Assembly: GCA_963662715.1 (NCBI GenBank)
Contig: OY759724.1
Location: forward strand, 570,001 to 602,000
Origin: Candidatus Omnitrophota bacterium
GTDB taxonomy: Bacteria > Omnitrophota > Gorgyraeia > Zapsychrales > JANLHA01
Length of the DNA: 32,000 nt
Direction of reading: 5' to 3'
The notes under the pieces are model-generated. The model was not told the DNA's origin and made no database searches. It saw only the letters and a list, made by a program, of their open reading frames with translations. Shown here in pieces: positions 1 to 9,311 of this stretch; the first letter of the stretch is position 1; every line of letters begins with the position of its first letter. Both the position numbers and the translations under genes were made by a program.

Positions 1-163
1 CAACTTTTTCCGAAGTATCAGATGGATGAGGATTAGTTTTTTGACCAGAAACAAACTTCTCCCGGCAAGTTTCGCTACAAAAATAATAAGCCTCAGAATC
101 TTGCCACAACTTTATCGATCTATTTTCCTCTACATTCATTCCGCAAACAGGATCTATAAACAT
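1..163 (-). CDS. YHS/TRASH-domain metal-binding protein, N-terminal part (runs off the window start)
   Basis: Not in the ORF track because it is partial. Minus-strand ATG at 161-163 is preceded by AAAGGAAAA. It translates to MFIDPVCGMNVEENRSIKLWQDSEAYYFCSETCREKFVSGQ..., which carries the DPVCGM...YYFCS..C..F YHS/TRASH signature. It could be a stand-alone YHS protein or the N-terminus of a heavy-metal P-type ATPase. Confidence 0.55.
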   Translation of the reverse strand, partial: MFIDPVCGMNVEENRSIKLWQDSEAYYFCSETCREKFVSGQKTNPHPSDTSEKV

Positions 164-175
164 AAAAGTTTTCCT

Positions 176-1519
176 TTATATTGCCAAATCATGTTTCTCA
201 GTATGATTGTGTACCCTCTTTTTTGAAAAAAACAACGCTGCTCCAAGAGATAACGGACCAATCCGGCCCATGAACATCAACATAATGACTATCATTTTAC
301 CAATAACCGTAAGATTTGGTGTTAACCCTGTACTTAACCCAACCGTGCTTAATGCAGATACGGCTTCGAAAATAATTTCAAAAATATGGACATCTTCGGT
401 AAGTATCAGAAAATAGATTCCAAATCCCAGTAGAATAAAATAAAAGCTGAATCGGGCTAATGCCATCCGGACACGGTATTCGGGTATTTGATTTTTGTCC
501 CACACAACCTCTTTTCTTCCTTTGAAAGCGCTTATCATTTGTGCAAAAATGGTAGTGACTGTGGTGGATTTTAAGCCACCTCCTGTCCCTGAGGGAGAAG
601 CCCCAACAATCATTAGAATTGTCATGAAAAATAAAACGCTGTGGGAAAAGGTTGCTATATCCAGTGTACTGAAACCCGCCGTATTTAACGCCGTCATAGC
701 CTGAAATAATGCCATCCAGAGTTTCTCGACTAAAGGGTATTGTTGGATGCTTTGTTCAGTAAAAAAGATGACACACGTTCCGACAATCATCATGGCCAAG
801 GTAAACTGTAAAATGATTCGACTAGTATACGTAATCTTATTTTTTTTATTTTTGAGTTTTTTCCAAAAGTCCGTTATAACAATAAAACCAATTCCGCCAA
901 GATAACATAGAAACGTAGCCGTCACATTAAGCCAGGGGTCATTGTAGAAATTTTGCAGGTTGTTGTGAAATAGACTGAATCCTGCAGTTCCAAACATCGA
1001 GATACTGTGGAAAATGGCCTGCCAAAGGCTATTTTCTACCTGATGGTGAGAGAAAATCAGATACAGGATTATTGACCCGATGAGTTCAATGATAAACGTA
1101 AAGGCCATCACAGAAATCAGGAAATCATAAAGATTGAAATGTAGAGGAAGACTGAAGTCTGTTTTCACTAGACTTTCTTCGGTCTTCGTGATCTTCTTTG
1201 TGATCATAAGAATAATGCAAGACGCAACCGCCATATATCCCACACCGCCGATTTGTATTAATAATGCGATAATAATTTGGCCGAAAAAAGTATAACTTAT
1301 TGCTATATCTAAAGTAGCCAGGCCGGTTGTGGAAACAGCGGAAGCAGCAATGAACAGATTGTCTATTAGTGAAATATTTATTTTTTGGGCGAAGGGAAGG
1401 CATAAACAAAGTGTCCCAAAGATAATTAGTCCTAAGTAGCCTGCTATCAGAACCTTCTTAGGATCCTTTTGAGCAAAAAATGATGTTGAATGCTTTAAAA
1501 TATTTGTGTCAAAAACCAT
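176..1519 (-). CDS. TrkH/KtrB-family K+ uptake membrane subunit
   Basis: 447-aa polytopic membrane ORF with an ATG start. It has the repeated selectivity-filter-like segments typical of TrkH/KtrB (AVSTTGLAT, MFGTAGFS, ALNTAGFST, ALSTVGLSTG). The length fits KtrB better than the longer TrkH. Confidence 0.85.
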   Translation of the reverse strand: MVFDTNILKHSTSFFAQKDPKKVLIAGYLGLIIFGTLCLCLPFAQKINISLIDNLFIAASAVSTTGLATLDIAISYTFFGQIIIALLIQIGGVGYMAVASCIILMITKKITKTEESLVKTDFSLPLHFNLYDFLISVMAFTFIIELIGSIILYLIFSHHQVENSLWQAIFHSISMFGTAGFSLFHNNLQNFYNDPWLNVTATFLCYLGGIGFIVITDFWKKLKNKKNKITYTSRIILQFTLAMMIVGTCVIFFTEQSIQQYPLVEKLWMALFQAMTALNTAGFSTLDIATFSHSVLFFMTILMIVGASPSGTGGGLKSTTVTTIFAQMISAFKGRKEVVWDKNQIPEYRVRMALARFSFYFILLGFGIYFLILTEDVHIFEIIFEAVSALSTVGLSTGLTPNLTVIGKMIVIMLMFMGRIGPLSLGAALFFSKKRVHNHTEKHDLAI

Positions 1520-1614
1520 CGATATTTCCTTTTTATGAAATAAGCAATCTCTTTATTATTTAGCAAACCGGTTTCCCAATAAGTTGTAAAGCCAGGTAAA
1601 TTTTGCTTTGGAAA

Positions 1615-2547
1615 TCATTGGTTTCTCGCAATCATCTTCATAAATAAATCTTCTGTATCACTACGGCGGCAAAGTTCTCTTTTAGGATTCATAACAGCAG
1701 CTGACCCTGCGGCTATCCCGAATTGGACAGCTTCACGTAATGATTTCCCTCGCGATAAAGCAAGGACAATCCCCGCTACCATGCTGTCTCCTGCGCCGAC
1801 TTTACTTACGATCGGAACAGTTGGGGAACGAAAATGCTCAAGTCCGTCTTTCGACACCATTATGGCTCCTGCCGAGCCTAATGAAATAACAACAACCTCA
1901 CATTGTTCTTCTTTAATAAACATCATGGCTGCTTCTTCTAGTTGAGATTCATTCTTAATTTCTTTTCTTGTTAATTCTTGAAGCTCATGCATATTGGGTT
2001 TAAGCAAATATACTCCCGAACGGGCAGCTAAATGAAGCGCCTCCCCTGAAGTATCCACAATAATACGAGCATTCAGCTCTTTGGCAATACCTGCTACACG
2101 GGCATAAAAATCATCCGGAACCCCTGGCGCAAGGCTTCCACTCGCTACGATATAATCAGGTTTTAGCTTAACTGTGGACAATTCATCAAGACACATCTTC
2201 CATTCTTTTTCGTTCAATTGCGGACCTGGCAGATTAAAACGAAATTGTTTGCCGGTTGCTTCTTCCACAACGATCAGATTTTCCCGCGTCAGTCCTGAAA
2301 TCGGGATTGGCCGGTGCTTTACACTTTCCTGGTCGAGCAATTGTTCTAGCATTTTGCCGTATAGCCCTCCGGAGGCATATAAAGCAAATGATTCTCCCCC
2401 CAGTCTTTTTATTGCCCGTGACACATTGATTCCACCGCCACCAGCCTCATAAAAAGGCTCCTTGCAGCGTAATTTATCATCAGGAACAACATGATCAACG
2501 CTCGAACTAGCATCAACGCATGGATTAATAGTTAATGTGATTATCAT
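1615..2547 (-). CDS. pfkB: PfkB-family sugar-phosphate kinase (1-phosphofructokinase / 6-phosphofructokinase II type), copy 1
   Basis: 310 aa. N-terminus is [16 protein letters not shown]...GGGGINVSRA and the C-terminal ribokinase-family motif is VSKVGAGDSMVAG. The start overlaps the gpmA stop by 1 nt (TAATG). Confidence 0.85.
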   Translation of the reverse strand: MIITLTINPCVDASSSVDHVVPDDKLRCKEPFYEAGGGGINVSRAIKRLGGESFALYASGGLYGKMLEQLLDQESVKHRPIPISGLTRENLIVVEEATGKQFRFNLPGPQLNEKEWKMCLDELSTVKLKPDYIVASGSLAPGVPDDFYARVAGIAKELNARIIVDTSGEALHLAARSGVYLLKPNMHELQELTRKEIKNESQLEEAAMMFIKEEQCEVVVISLGSAGAIMVSKDGLEHFRSPTVPIVSKVGAGDSMVAGIVLALSRGKSLREAVQFGIAAGSAAVMNPKRELCRRSDTEDLFMKMIARNQ

Positions 2548-3320
2548 TATTTCAACTCCCGCTTGCTTGTTACTTGAATTCCTTTCCCTTGGTTTGCAAC
2601 GGCTTCAGTTGCCTCCTTTAGTTTTTGTTCGTCAGCCAGATAATATGATTTCAAAGGTTTCAATGATTCATCCAAATCATAAACCAAAGGAATACCTGTT
2701 GGAATATTCAAGTTTACAATATCTTGATCTGAAACATTATCCAGATACTTCACAAGAGCTCTTAAGCTGTTTCCATGGGCAGCGATAAGTATATGTTTGC
2801 CTTGACGCAAAAAAGGCTCAATATCATTATGCCAGTATGGTAAAAATCTATTCACTGTATCTTTCAAGCATTCGCATAGAGGGATTTCCTCTTCTTTTAA
2901 ATCCTTATATCGAGAGTCATGCCCTGAATAACGGCTGTCCTCTATTTCTAAAGCTGGTGGCCTAATATCATAACTTCTTCTCCACGTTTGCACTTGTTGT
3001 TCGCCGTATTGTTTCGCTGTTTCCGATTTATTGAGTCCTTGAAGAGCACCATAATGCCGTTCATTTAACCGCCAAGACCGGTAAACAGGAATCAACATTA
3101 AATCCATTTCCTCTAGAACGATCCATAGAGTTCGAATTGCCCTCTTTAAAACGGAAGTAAAAGCAATATCAAAAATAAGGCCGTTTTCTTTTAACGTTAA
3201 TCCGGCTTGGTGCGCTTCAGCAACCCCCTTTTCAGACAGATCAATATCCGTCCAGCCCGTAAACCGGTTTTCTTTGTTCCAGATACTTTCCCCATGCCTG
3301 AGAAGAACCAGTTTTATCAT
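2547..3320 (-). CDS. gpmA: 2,3-bisphosphoglycerate-dependent phosphoglycerate mutase
   Basis: 257 aa. Has the [22 protein letters not shown] catalytic His motif (RHGE) and the later [10 protein letters not shown] motif, at a length typical of dPGM. Confidence 0.93.
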   Translation of the reverse strand: MIKLVLLRHGESIWNKENRFTGWTDIDLSEKGVAEAHQAGLTLKENGLIFDIAFTSVLKRAIRTLWIVLEEMDLMLIPVYRSWRLNERHYGALQGLNKSETAKQYGEQQVQTWRRSYDIRPPALEIEDSRYSGHDSRYKDLKEEEIPLCECLKDTVNRFLPYWHNDIEPFLRQGKHILIAAHGNSLRALVKYLDNVSDQDIVNLNIPTGIPLVYDLDESLKPLKSYYLADEQKLKEATEAVANQGKGIQVTSKRELK

Positions 3321-3371
3321 TTTATAATCAAGTCCCTTTAATGTTAAAATTCATGACCTTTAACAGTAAAA

Positions 3372-4055
3372 TCATTTATGATTAATCGTAATAATCAGAT
3401 CTCCACTATGATCACATGTCGGACATGATTTCCCCAATCTCTTTAACCGCATTTTCTGACCACTTTTTGTGTTTGGATTAATTTTTAATGTAATCATCTT
3501 TCCATTATTTAATTTGAACTGTGCTTCGCCGCCTTTTATAGTAATGTCCCGTGGAACATCAAGACTTGCATATATATTTGTATCAACCTTTTGATGTGCA
3601 TTATTATTTGCAAAATTATAGACTCTGTAGCCTTGTCCATCGCTATGTTCAAACGATCCTAAATCTCCAAAAATATCAGCTAAATCATCAAAAAAGAAAT
3701 ACTGGTTTTCTCTCTTACTACTACCTTTATGACCCGCCCCAAGATCGTGGAAGTGTCTCATTATATCCTCAAAATCAAATCCGGCCTGCGAGGCAAATCC
3801 TTGTCCCTGGTTTGCGCCGGTAAAGGAAGATGCTCCTCTTCTAACTTCATCGTATTCCTTTCTTCTCTTTTCCTCACCCAACACATAGTAAGCCTCTGTA
3901 ATTTCCTTAAACTTTTCCTCACATTCATTTTTCTTCTCTTCCGGGCATCTATCCGGATGATATTTGAGGGCAAGGCTACGGTATGCTTTCTTTATATCTG
4001 CTAAAGAATCATTTTCCTTCACGCCAAGAATTTTATAATAATCTTTATTTGCCAT
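3372..4055 (-). CDS. J-domain (DnaJ-like) co-chaperone, atypical short form
   Basis: 227 aa. DYYKILGV...AYRSLALKYHPDR contains the HPD tripeptide, followed by a Gly/Phe-containing linker. It lacks the four-CxxCxGxG zinc-finger region of canonical DnaJ and has only one CPTC near the C-terminus. Confidence 0.85.
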   Translation of the reverse strand: MANKDYYKILGVKENDSLADIKKAYRSLALKYHPDRCPEEKKNECEEKFKEITEAYYVLGEEKRRKEYDEVRRGASSFTGANQGQGFASQAGFDFEDIMRHFHDLGAGHKGSSKRENQYFFFDDLADIFGDLGSFEHSDGQGYRVYNFANNNAHQKVDTNIYASLDVPRDITIKGGEAQFKLNNGKMITLKINPNTKSGQKMRLKRLGKSCPTCDHSGDLIITINHK

Positions 4056-4058
4056 ATT

Positions 4059-4652
4059 TTATGCCAATTGCAAATTTACAAAATCCCAATTAATCAAATT
4101 CTCAATATATGAGTCGATATAATCTGCCCTTTTGTTCTGGTAATCTAGATAATAAGCATGTTCCCAAACATCAATGGTCAACAAAGGCTTTAAGCCGTTT
4201 GCAATTGGCGTATCAGCATTTGATGTTTTTACGATCTCAAGTTGTCCTTTTTTTAATGTCAGCCATGCCCAGCCACTCCCGAATTGGCTGATTGCTGCTT
4301 TTTTGAGTTCTTCGATGAACTTATCAAAGTTACCAAAATCTGCTTGAATCTTTTCGGCTATTGCCCCATTAGGTTTCCCTCCCCCACTAGGTTTCATGCA
4401 TTGCCAATAGAAAGAGTGATTCCATACTTGGGCCGCATTATTAAAGATTGCTGATTTTGTTTTATCTTTGGCTGTCTTTTTAATAATGATTTCCAGGTCC
4501 TCTTTAGCTAGTTCTGTTTCGGAAATTAATCCATTTAATTTTTCAACATATCCCGCATGATGTTTTCCATAATGGAATTCTAAAGTCTTTGCACTAATAT
4601 GCGGGGTGAGAGCTTCTTTGGTGTAGGGCAATTTCATTAATATAATGGCCAT
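4059..4652 (-). CDS. sodB: Fe-type superoxide dismutase, copy 1
   Basis: 197 aa. Contains HYGKHH, FNNAAQVWNHSFYW (the Fe-SOD-type Gln position) and DVWEHAYYLDYQN metal-ligand motifs. Confidence 0.93.
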   Translation of the reverse strand: MAIILMKLPYTKEALTPHISAKTLEFHYGKHHAGYVEKLNGLISETELAKEDLEIIIKKTAKDKTKSAIFNNAAQVWNHSFYWQCMKPSGGGKPNGAIAEKIQADFGNFDKFIEELKKAAISQFGSGWAWLTLKKGQLEIVKTSNADTPIANGLKPLLTIDVWEHAYYLDYQNKRADYIDSYIENLINWDFVNLQLA

Positions 4653-4674
4653 TTCTTTCTCCTTTTTTAGTGTT

Positions 4675-5091
4675 TTATTTTATAAAATCAAAATATATCG
4701 CAAAAAGCAAAGCTACAGCTGATACAGCGAATATGAAAAAATAATTGATTCGTTCTTTTTCGGATTTCAAGCTACAAAGAATATCCGCAATAAGAGAATA
4801 TTCATTGCTAGAAAGAGGTTTTTCTTCTCTTGCTTTCTCAATAAGATTATCCTCTTCGATAATTTTTGCTAGAGATCTATTCACATTAAATTTGTAAATA
4901 AAGAAAAACAAAAATCCAATAACTCCGATATACCATGATACTTTTCCATAAACAGGATGAATATCCATTAAAACCGTGACAATACGGATAGCAACAGTTG
5001 CGACAAGGCCTATTATAAAAAATATCCACGACACGAAAGAATCGTTGCAATTTTTGCGCTGTGAGCAATCTTTACAATCTTTATTTCTCAT
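4675..5091 (-). CDS. Hypothetical 3-TM membrane protein with Cys-rich N-terminus (CKDCSQRKNC), copy 1
   Basis: 138-aa ORF with an ATG that overlaps the upstream stop (ATGA). It has three hydrophobic helices. A paralog at 17636..18067 conserves it, which argues that it is a real gene. Confidence 0.65.
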   Translation of the reverse strand: MRNKDCKDCSQRKNCNDSFVSWIFFIIGLVATVAIRIVTVLMDIHPVYGKVSWYIGVIGFLFFFIYKFNVNRSLAKIIEEDNLIEKAREEKPLSSNEYSLIADILCSLKSEKERINYFFIFAVSAVALLFAIYFDFIK

Positions 5092-5381
5092 GCTTTTGAA
5101 AGGCCTTTCTTTTCTTTTCCCCAGAATTCGTCGGCTTCTTTCTCCATTTTCTCAAGTCGTGTATAGTAATCCGGAAACTCATTGAGATGCGCAAGGGCAA
5201 TTTTCCCTGTCGTTAAAGAGTCATCGCTGGTGACGTTGGTAAAAGAATCTCTCAACCCATGTTCCAGTTCAACATTGATTCCCATAAGAAATTGTTCAAC
5301 ATCAAACTTGTCCCACTTCAAATTTAATTGTTCTCCTATGTTTTTTGCGTCTTCAATACTAAAATGCTTTTTATCTCCCAT
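5088..5381 (-). CDS. DUF5661-like small soluble protein
   Basis: 97 aa. FLMGINVELEHG...VTSDDSLTTGKIALAHLNEFPDYYTRLEKME resembles the DUF5661 family. RBS is GGAGGAGGAAAATC before the ATG. Confidence 0.55.
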   Translation of the reverse strand: MGDKKHFSIEDAKNIGEQLNLKWDKFDVEQFLMGINVELEHGLRDSFTNVTSDDSLTTGKIALAHLNEFPDYYTRLEKMEKEADEFWGKEKKGLSKA

Positions 5382-5405
5382 GATTTTCCTCCTCCTTTTC
5401 TGTTA

Positions 5406-6464
5406 TTAAAAGCAGCGCTGTTTTTGCTTCTTCTTACATTTTGAAGCATCAACACCGCAGCGGTAACAGATTTCATTTGCTAAATGCTTGCCCTTGAAAT
5501 AATCCTCGATATTCTGCAAAGTTGTGTTAGCGATATTCGTCAGTGCTTCTTTTGTAAAAAATCCCTGGTGGGATGTTACAAGCACATTGGGAAATGTCAA
5601 AAGCCTTGCCAACATATCATCGTCTATCATCGTATCGGAAAAATCCTCAAAGAAGTATTCGTTCTCTTCTTCATAAACATCAAGGCCGGAAGAACCGATC
5701 TTTTTGTTTTTCAATCCCTTTATTAATGCCTTTGTTTCAATAAGCTTTCCTCTTCCGGTATTAATAATCATAACTCCGGGCTTCATTTGTTTTATGCTCT
5801 CATCATTAATCATATGGTAAGTTTCTTTGGTTAACGGACAATGCAGAGAAACAATATTTGATTGAGCGTATAATTCTGAAAGCCCCACATATTTAAATCC
5901 CATCTTTTTCGCAGAAGCCTTATCCTCATATTTATCATAAGCAAGCACACTCATTCCAAAGCCCTTCAAAATTGAAATGAGGCATTTCCCGATTTTACCC
6001 GTTCCAATAACTCCGGCTGTCTTATCGTGCATATCAAATCCCAGTAGCCCATTAATCGCGAAATTGCTGTCACGTGTCCTGTAGTATGCTTTATGGGTTT
6101 TTCGATTCAAAGTCAGCATTAAGGCAACCGCATGTTCTGCCACCGCATAAGGTGAATATTGAGGAACCCGTACAACATGAATGTTGTTATACGCAGCTTT
6201 AAGATCAACGTTGTTATAACCAGCGCTCCTTAAGGCAATCAGCTGCACTCCATTTTGTTTTAATGTTTCGATAACTTTCTTATCGATAACATCATTGACA
6301 AACGCGCAGACGACATCAAAGCCTTTGGCTAAAGGAACTGTCTCTCGATTAAGATGGGCTTTGCAATACTGTATTTCAAAACCAAATTTCTTTTTAGCTT
6401 CATCAAAAAATTGTTGATCATATGGTTTTGCGTCATAAAAGAATATTTTCTTATTGTTGCTCAT
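5406..6464 (-). CDS. ldhA: D-lactate dehydrogenase / D-isomer-specific 2-hydroxyacid dehydrogenase with Cys-rich C-terminal extension
   Basis: 352 aa. Has the NAD-binding GVIGTGKIGK motif and the LdhA-like catalytic region (RVPQYSPYAVAEH, HCPLTKETYHMIN, TSHQGFFT). About 20 extra C-terminal residues read CYRCGVDASKCKKKQKQRCF. Confidence 0.85.
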   Translation of the reverse strand: MSNNKKIFFYDAKPYDQQFFDEAKKKFGFEIQYCKAHLNRETVPLAKGFDVVCAFVNDVIDKKVIETLKQNGVQLIALRSAGYNNVDLKAAYNNIHVVRVPQYSPYAVAEHAVALMLTLNRKTHKAYYRTRDSNFAINGLLGFDMHDKTAGVIGTGKIGKCLISILKGFGMSVLAYDKYEDKASAKKMGFKYVGLSELYAQSNIVSLHCPLTKETYHMINDESIKQMKPGVMIINTGRGKLIETKALIKGLKNKKIGSSGLDVYEEENEYFFEDFSDTMIDDDMLARLLTFPNVLVTSHQGFFTKEALTNIANTTLQNIEDYFKGKHLANEICYRCGVDASKCKKKQKQRCF

Positions 6465-6617
6465 AAAATCTCCCCATAATAGGTATGTTTATATCCTTAC
6501 TCGCATCTAAGATTATTAACAAACAAATTAATTACATTGCTATTTTAAGCATATCCTGGGGCACGCACTTGAAAACAAGCACGCGCCCTACAAAATAACA
6601 CGACCACAAAACTCAAT

Positions 6618-6806
6618 TTACTCTTCAACACTTATCGCAGAAGTCGGACACGCATCGGATGCGGATTTGCATTTTTCCTCTGACTCTTTTGGCACCTGGT
6701 CAACATGAACAAACGCTTTTTCCCCCTCCATCCTAAAGACTTCAGGGCATGTGTTAGCGCAGCCCTGGCCACCAGCACACAAACTTTGATCAACTTTTGC
6801 TTTCAT
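6618..6806 (-). CDS. Small mono-cluster ferredoxin (probable [3Fe-4S]), copy 1
   Basis: I start it at MKAKVDQSLC (ATG 6804-6806, RBS AAGGAGGAAG), not at the longer track ORF. The motif is CAGGQGCANTCP...C...DACP, i.e. CxxGxxCxxxCP plus a distal CP. Gly sits where a 4Fe cluster would need Cys or Asp. It resembles Desulfovibrio gigas / Pyrococcus-type ferredoxins. Confidence 0.8.
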   Translation of the reverse strand: MKAKVDQSLCAGGQGCANTCPEVFRMEGEKAFVHVDQVPKESEEKCKSASDACPTSAISVEE

Positions 6807-8259
6807 CTTCTTCCTCCTTTTCGATAGTAACGATTCCCAAAGAATCCGTTCCACCTGGTTTTTCGGAAAATCTACGTTCGGTGAAAATCACTGGATCACC
6901 TGTCTTCACCAAACCGTGATTTCTTATCATTTTAATTATGTCAGCATACCAATTACTGCTTTTTTCTTTCATTAAAAATGGATACACCCCATAGGAAAAC
7001 GCTAGAAAATCACAGGTTTCTTTCTGTGTACTATAAGACAATATCCAACAGCGAGGCTTAAAACGGGAGATGCGACGCGCTGTACCACCGCTCAAAGTCG
7101 GGGCTAATATATAACGTGCGCTTAACTCTTCAGCAGACTCAGAAACATTAAGTGAAACCATATCGGGTATGGTCAAGGTTTTCTGTCTCACCGCATTCGT
7201 TACTTCTTGACATGCGTCATTTGATAATTCCCGTATATTACGTTGATGTTCCGTGAAGGTAGCAATTTTGGCCATCATTTTTACTGTCTCAACAGGATAC
7301 GTTCCAATTGCTGTTTCTTCGGATAACATTATTGCGTCTGTCCCATCCAGAATAGCATTTGCGACATCGGTTACTTCCGCACGCGTTGGGCGTGTATTAT
7401 GCGTCATTGATTCTAACATTTGAGTAGCAGTTATCACCGGACGTCCCATCACGTTTGCTTTTCGGATAAGTTTTTTCTGTATAGCAGGCACCTCTTCCAG
7501 GGGAATTTCTACCCCAAGATCGCCACGGGCGATCATTATCGCATCAGCAGCTTTTAAAATTTCGTCAAAGTTCTTTATCGCGGCTCTGCGTTCAATCTTT
7601 GCTACAAGATAAACTGTTCTCCCTATTTTTTTCGCAAATTCTCTTACTTTGTTTATATCCGCTGCTTTCTCTATAAACGAAAGCCCAAAAGTACTGACCC
7701 CTTCGTTTAAACCGAACTTGATAAATTCAAGGTCTTTGTCAGTGATGGGTTCGACAAATAATTTTGCGCCAGGCAGATTAATCCCTTTATGTGAAAGAAG
7801 CGTACCCCCAATAACAACGTGACAAACTATGTCATTTCCTGAAATTTCTTTCACTCGCAGCTGGATAAAACCGTCGTTAAGGAAAATATTGCTCCCCTTA
7901 GAAACACTTGCTGCTAATTGTTTGTATTCTACCGGTATCAGCAAAGCAGTACCGGAAACCTCTTCAGTGGTAAGAGTGACTTGCTGTCCTTTGGTAAGCT
8001 CAAGCGGCTCAGAACTAAGTTTTCCCACACGCATCTTTGCCCCAGGGAGATCAACTAAGATGGCAACCCTGCGATCAAGTTTTTTAGCGGCCTTGTAAAT
8101 ATTCCTAATATTCTCTTGGTGTTCTGCAGTTCCAGCGTGAGAGAAATTAAGCCTGGCGACGTTCATTCCGCTCTTTATCAAATCTTGAAGCATAGGAAGG
8201 GAACGGGAAGCCGGTCCAATGGTACAAATAATTTTTATTTTATGATCGGGTAGTTTCAT
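6790..8259 (-). CDS. pyk: Pyruvate kinase
   Basis: 489 aa. Contains KIICTIGPAS, NVARLNFSHG-like, MIARGDLGVEIP and MLESM motifs. The 3' end overlaps the ferredoxin start by 17 nt. Confidence 0.93.
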   Translation of the reverse strand: MKLPDHKIKIICTIGPASRSLPMLQDLIKSGMNVARLNFSHAGTAEHQENIRNIYKAAKKLDRRVAILVDLPGAKMRVGKLSSEPLELTKGQQVTLTTEEVSGTALLIPVEYKQLAASVSKGSNIFLNDGFIQLRVKEISGNDIVCHVVIGGTLLSHKGINLPGAKLFVEPITDKDLEFIKFGLNEGVSTFGLSFIEKAADINKVREFAKKIGRTVYLVAKIERRAAIKNFDEILKAADAIMIARGDLGVEIPLEEVPAIQKKLIRKANVMGRPVITATQMLESMTHNTRPTRAEVTDVANAILDGTDAIMLSEETAIGTYPVETVKMMAKIATFTEHQRNIRELSNDACQEVTNAVRQKTLTIPDMVSLNVSESAEELSARYILAPTLSGGTARRISRFKPRCWILSYSTQKETCDFLAFSYGVYPFLMKEKSSNWYADIIKMIRNHGLVKTGDPVIFTERRFSEKPGGTDSLGIVTIEKEEEDESKS

Positions 8260-8417
8260 ATTAAATACCTTTCAACTCCAACAAAAATCTGCAGTAATCT
8301 TTTTTAGAATACTTATGGCGATAAATTCGCTGCTTCATAACCATCTTCCTTTAAGAAGCGCATTCAGCTGAACTTTTAACTCACCCCTCCCATGGTCTGC
8401 AGTTATGCGAATACGCA

Positions 8418-9311
8418 TCATTTCTCCTCTACGCTCAGTGCTTCGAAGCCGGAGATCACGTCAAACAATTCCTCGTCGATGCTGCTCTGGCGCAAACGAT
8501 GAAATGTCCTATTGAGATCCTCCAATAATTCGTCGATGTTTTTATCGGCGCGCTGCATAGCCGCCAGACGGCTGGCGTTCTCGCTCGCGAGGGATTCGGC
8601 GCATGCCCGGAAGAGTGAAATAAAAAGGTATTCGCGGATAAGCGCCCTCAATGTCGTATTGCCGTCACCCATAATTTCAGGTAAATTTCCTGTTGGCCAG
8701 GGATGTTTGACCAGCTTACTACGCCAGGTTTCATCCAACGGTAGTAGTCGTTGACTGACAGGCGCATAAACTGCACCCGAAGTAGGGCGGTTATAGAAAA
8801 GGTAAAATTCAGTGATTTCCCCCTGGCTACGGCGTGTCTCGCTTTCGATGAGAATCTGCCCAACGAGCGGGCTAATGGCCTTGACAGAGTTGGGCACGGT
8901 GAAAAGTCCCATCATTGGCAATCCCGCGTCAGCTAGGCGTGCATGAACGCGCTCACCGACAGCCCAGATCTCAGGTTTGGCCGATAGAGTTGCCAGCGTT
9001 TTGACCGCGTAATCGGCGACCACATCATTAAACTGTCCTACCAATCCCTGGTCGGAACCAAACACGACCGCTCCAATTCTTTTTGCATCCGTTTGTCTTG
9101 TCTCTTCAGTCATCAAAGCTGTTGAACCGGTGCCCCGGAAACAAACGCCTAACCCCAGCTCCACAATGCGATAGTAATCGCCCAAAGCACGCACCGATTG
9201 CTCGTATTGACTTATACTCGAAGCGGCCAGGCTCTTCATGGTGCGTACAACAGATTGGAGATCTCCGGCACTGTTAATCTTACGACAAAGGCTTGCGGTG
9301 GTGTCACTCAT
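8418..9311 (-). CDS. atpG: N-ATPase gamma subunit
   Basis: 297 aa. It is the last gene of the N-type operon. The N-terminal helix ...I.S..DLQSVVRTMKSLAASS and the C-terminal helix ASENASRLAAMQRA..NIDELL are typical of F1 gamma. Confidence 0.9.
   Translation of the reverse strand: MSDTTASLCRKINSAGDLQSVVRTMKSLAASSISQYEQSVRALGDYYRIVELGLGVCFRGTGSTALMTEETRQTDAKRIGAVVFGSDQGLVGQFNDVVADYAVKTLATLSAKPEIWAVGERVHARLADAGLPMMGLFTVPNSVKAISPLVGQILIESETRRSQGEITEFYLFYNRPTSGAVYAPVSQRLLPLDETWRSKLVKHPWPTGNLPEIMGDGNTTLRALIREYLFISLFRACAESLASENASRLAAMQRADKNIDELLEDLNRTFHRLRQSSIDEELFDVISGFEALSVEEK

Larger units (their letters stand above)
1615..6806. repeat. Segmental duplication, full copy (pfkB ... fdx)
   Basis: Three blocks align to 15957..18467. 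Block 1 is 1615..about 2599 (pfkB plus the gpmA 3' end). Block 2 is about 3968..about 5135 (J-gene 5' end, sodB, membrane protein, DUF5661 3' end). Block 3 is about 6465..6806 (ldhA-fdx spacer plus fdx). Confidence 0.85.

Noticed and set aside
6618-6854. 78-aa and 101-aa (18279..18584) extended versions of the ferredoxin ORFs
   Set aside because: The two copies are identical only from the internal ATG (MKAKVDQ) downstream, and each has a GGAGG RBS there. The upstream extensions are unrelated to each other.
8260-8417. 23-25-codon upstream ORF (M)VMKQRIYRHKYSKKDYCRFLLELKGI ending 1 nt before the pyk ATG, plus a TTCAGCTGAA palindrome
   Set aside because: It is plausible as a leader peptide, but support comes only from an adjacent AGGAAG. 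With no conservation information it is too speculative to list as a feature.
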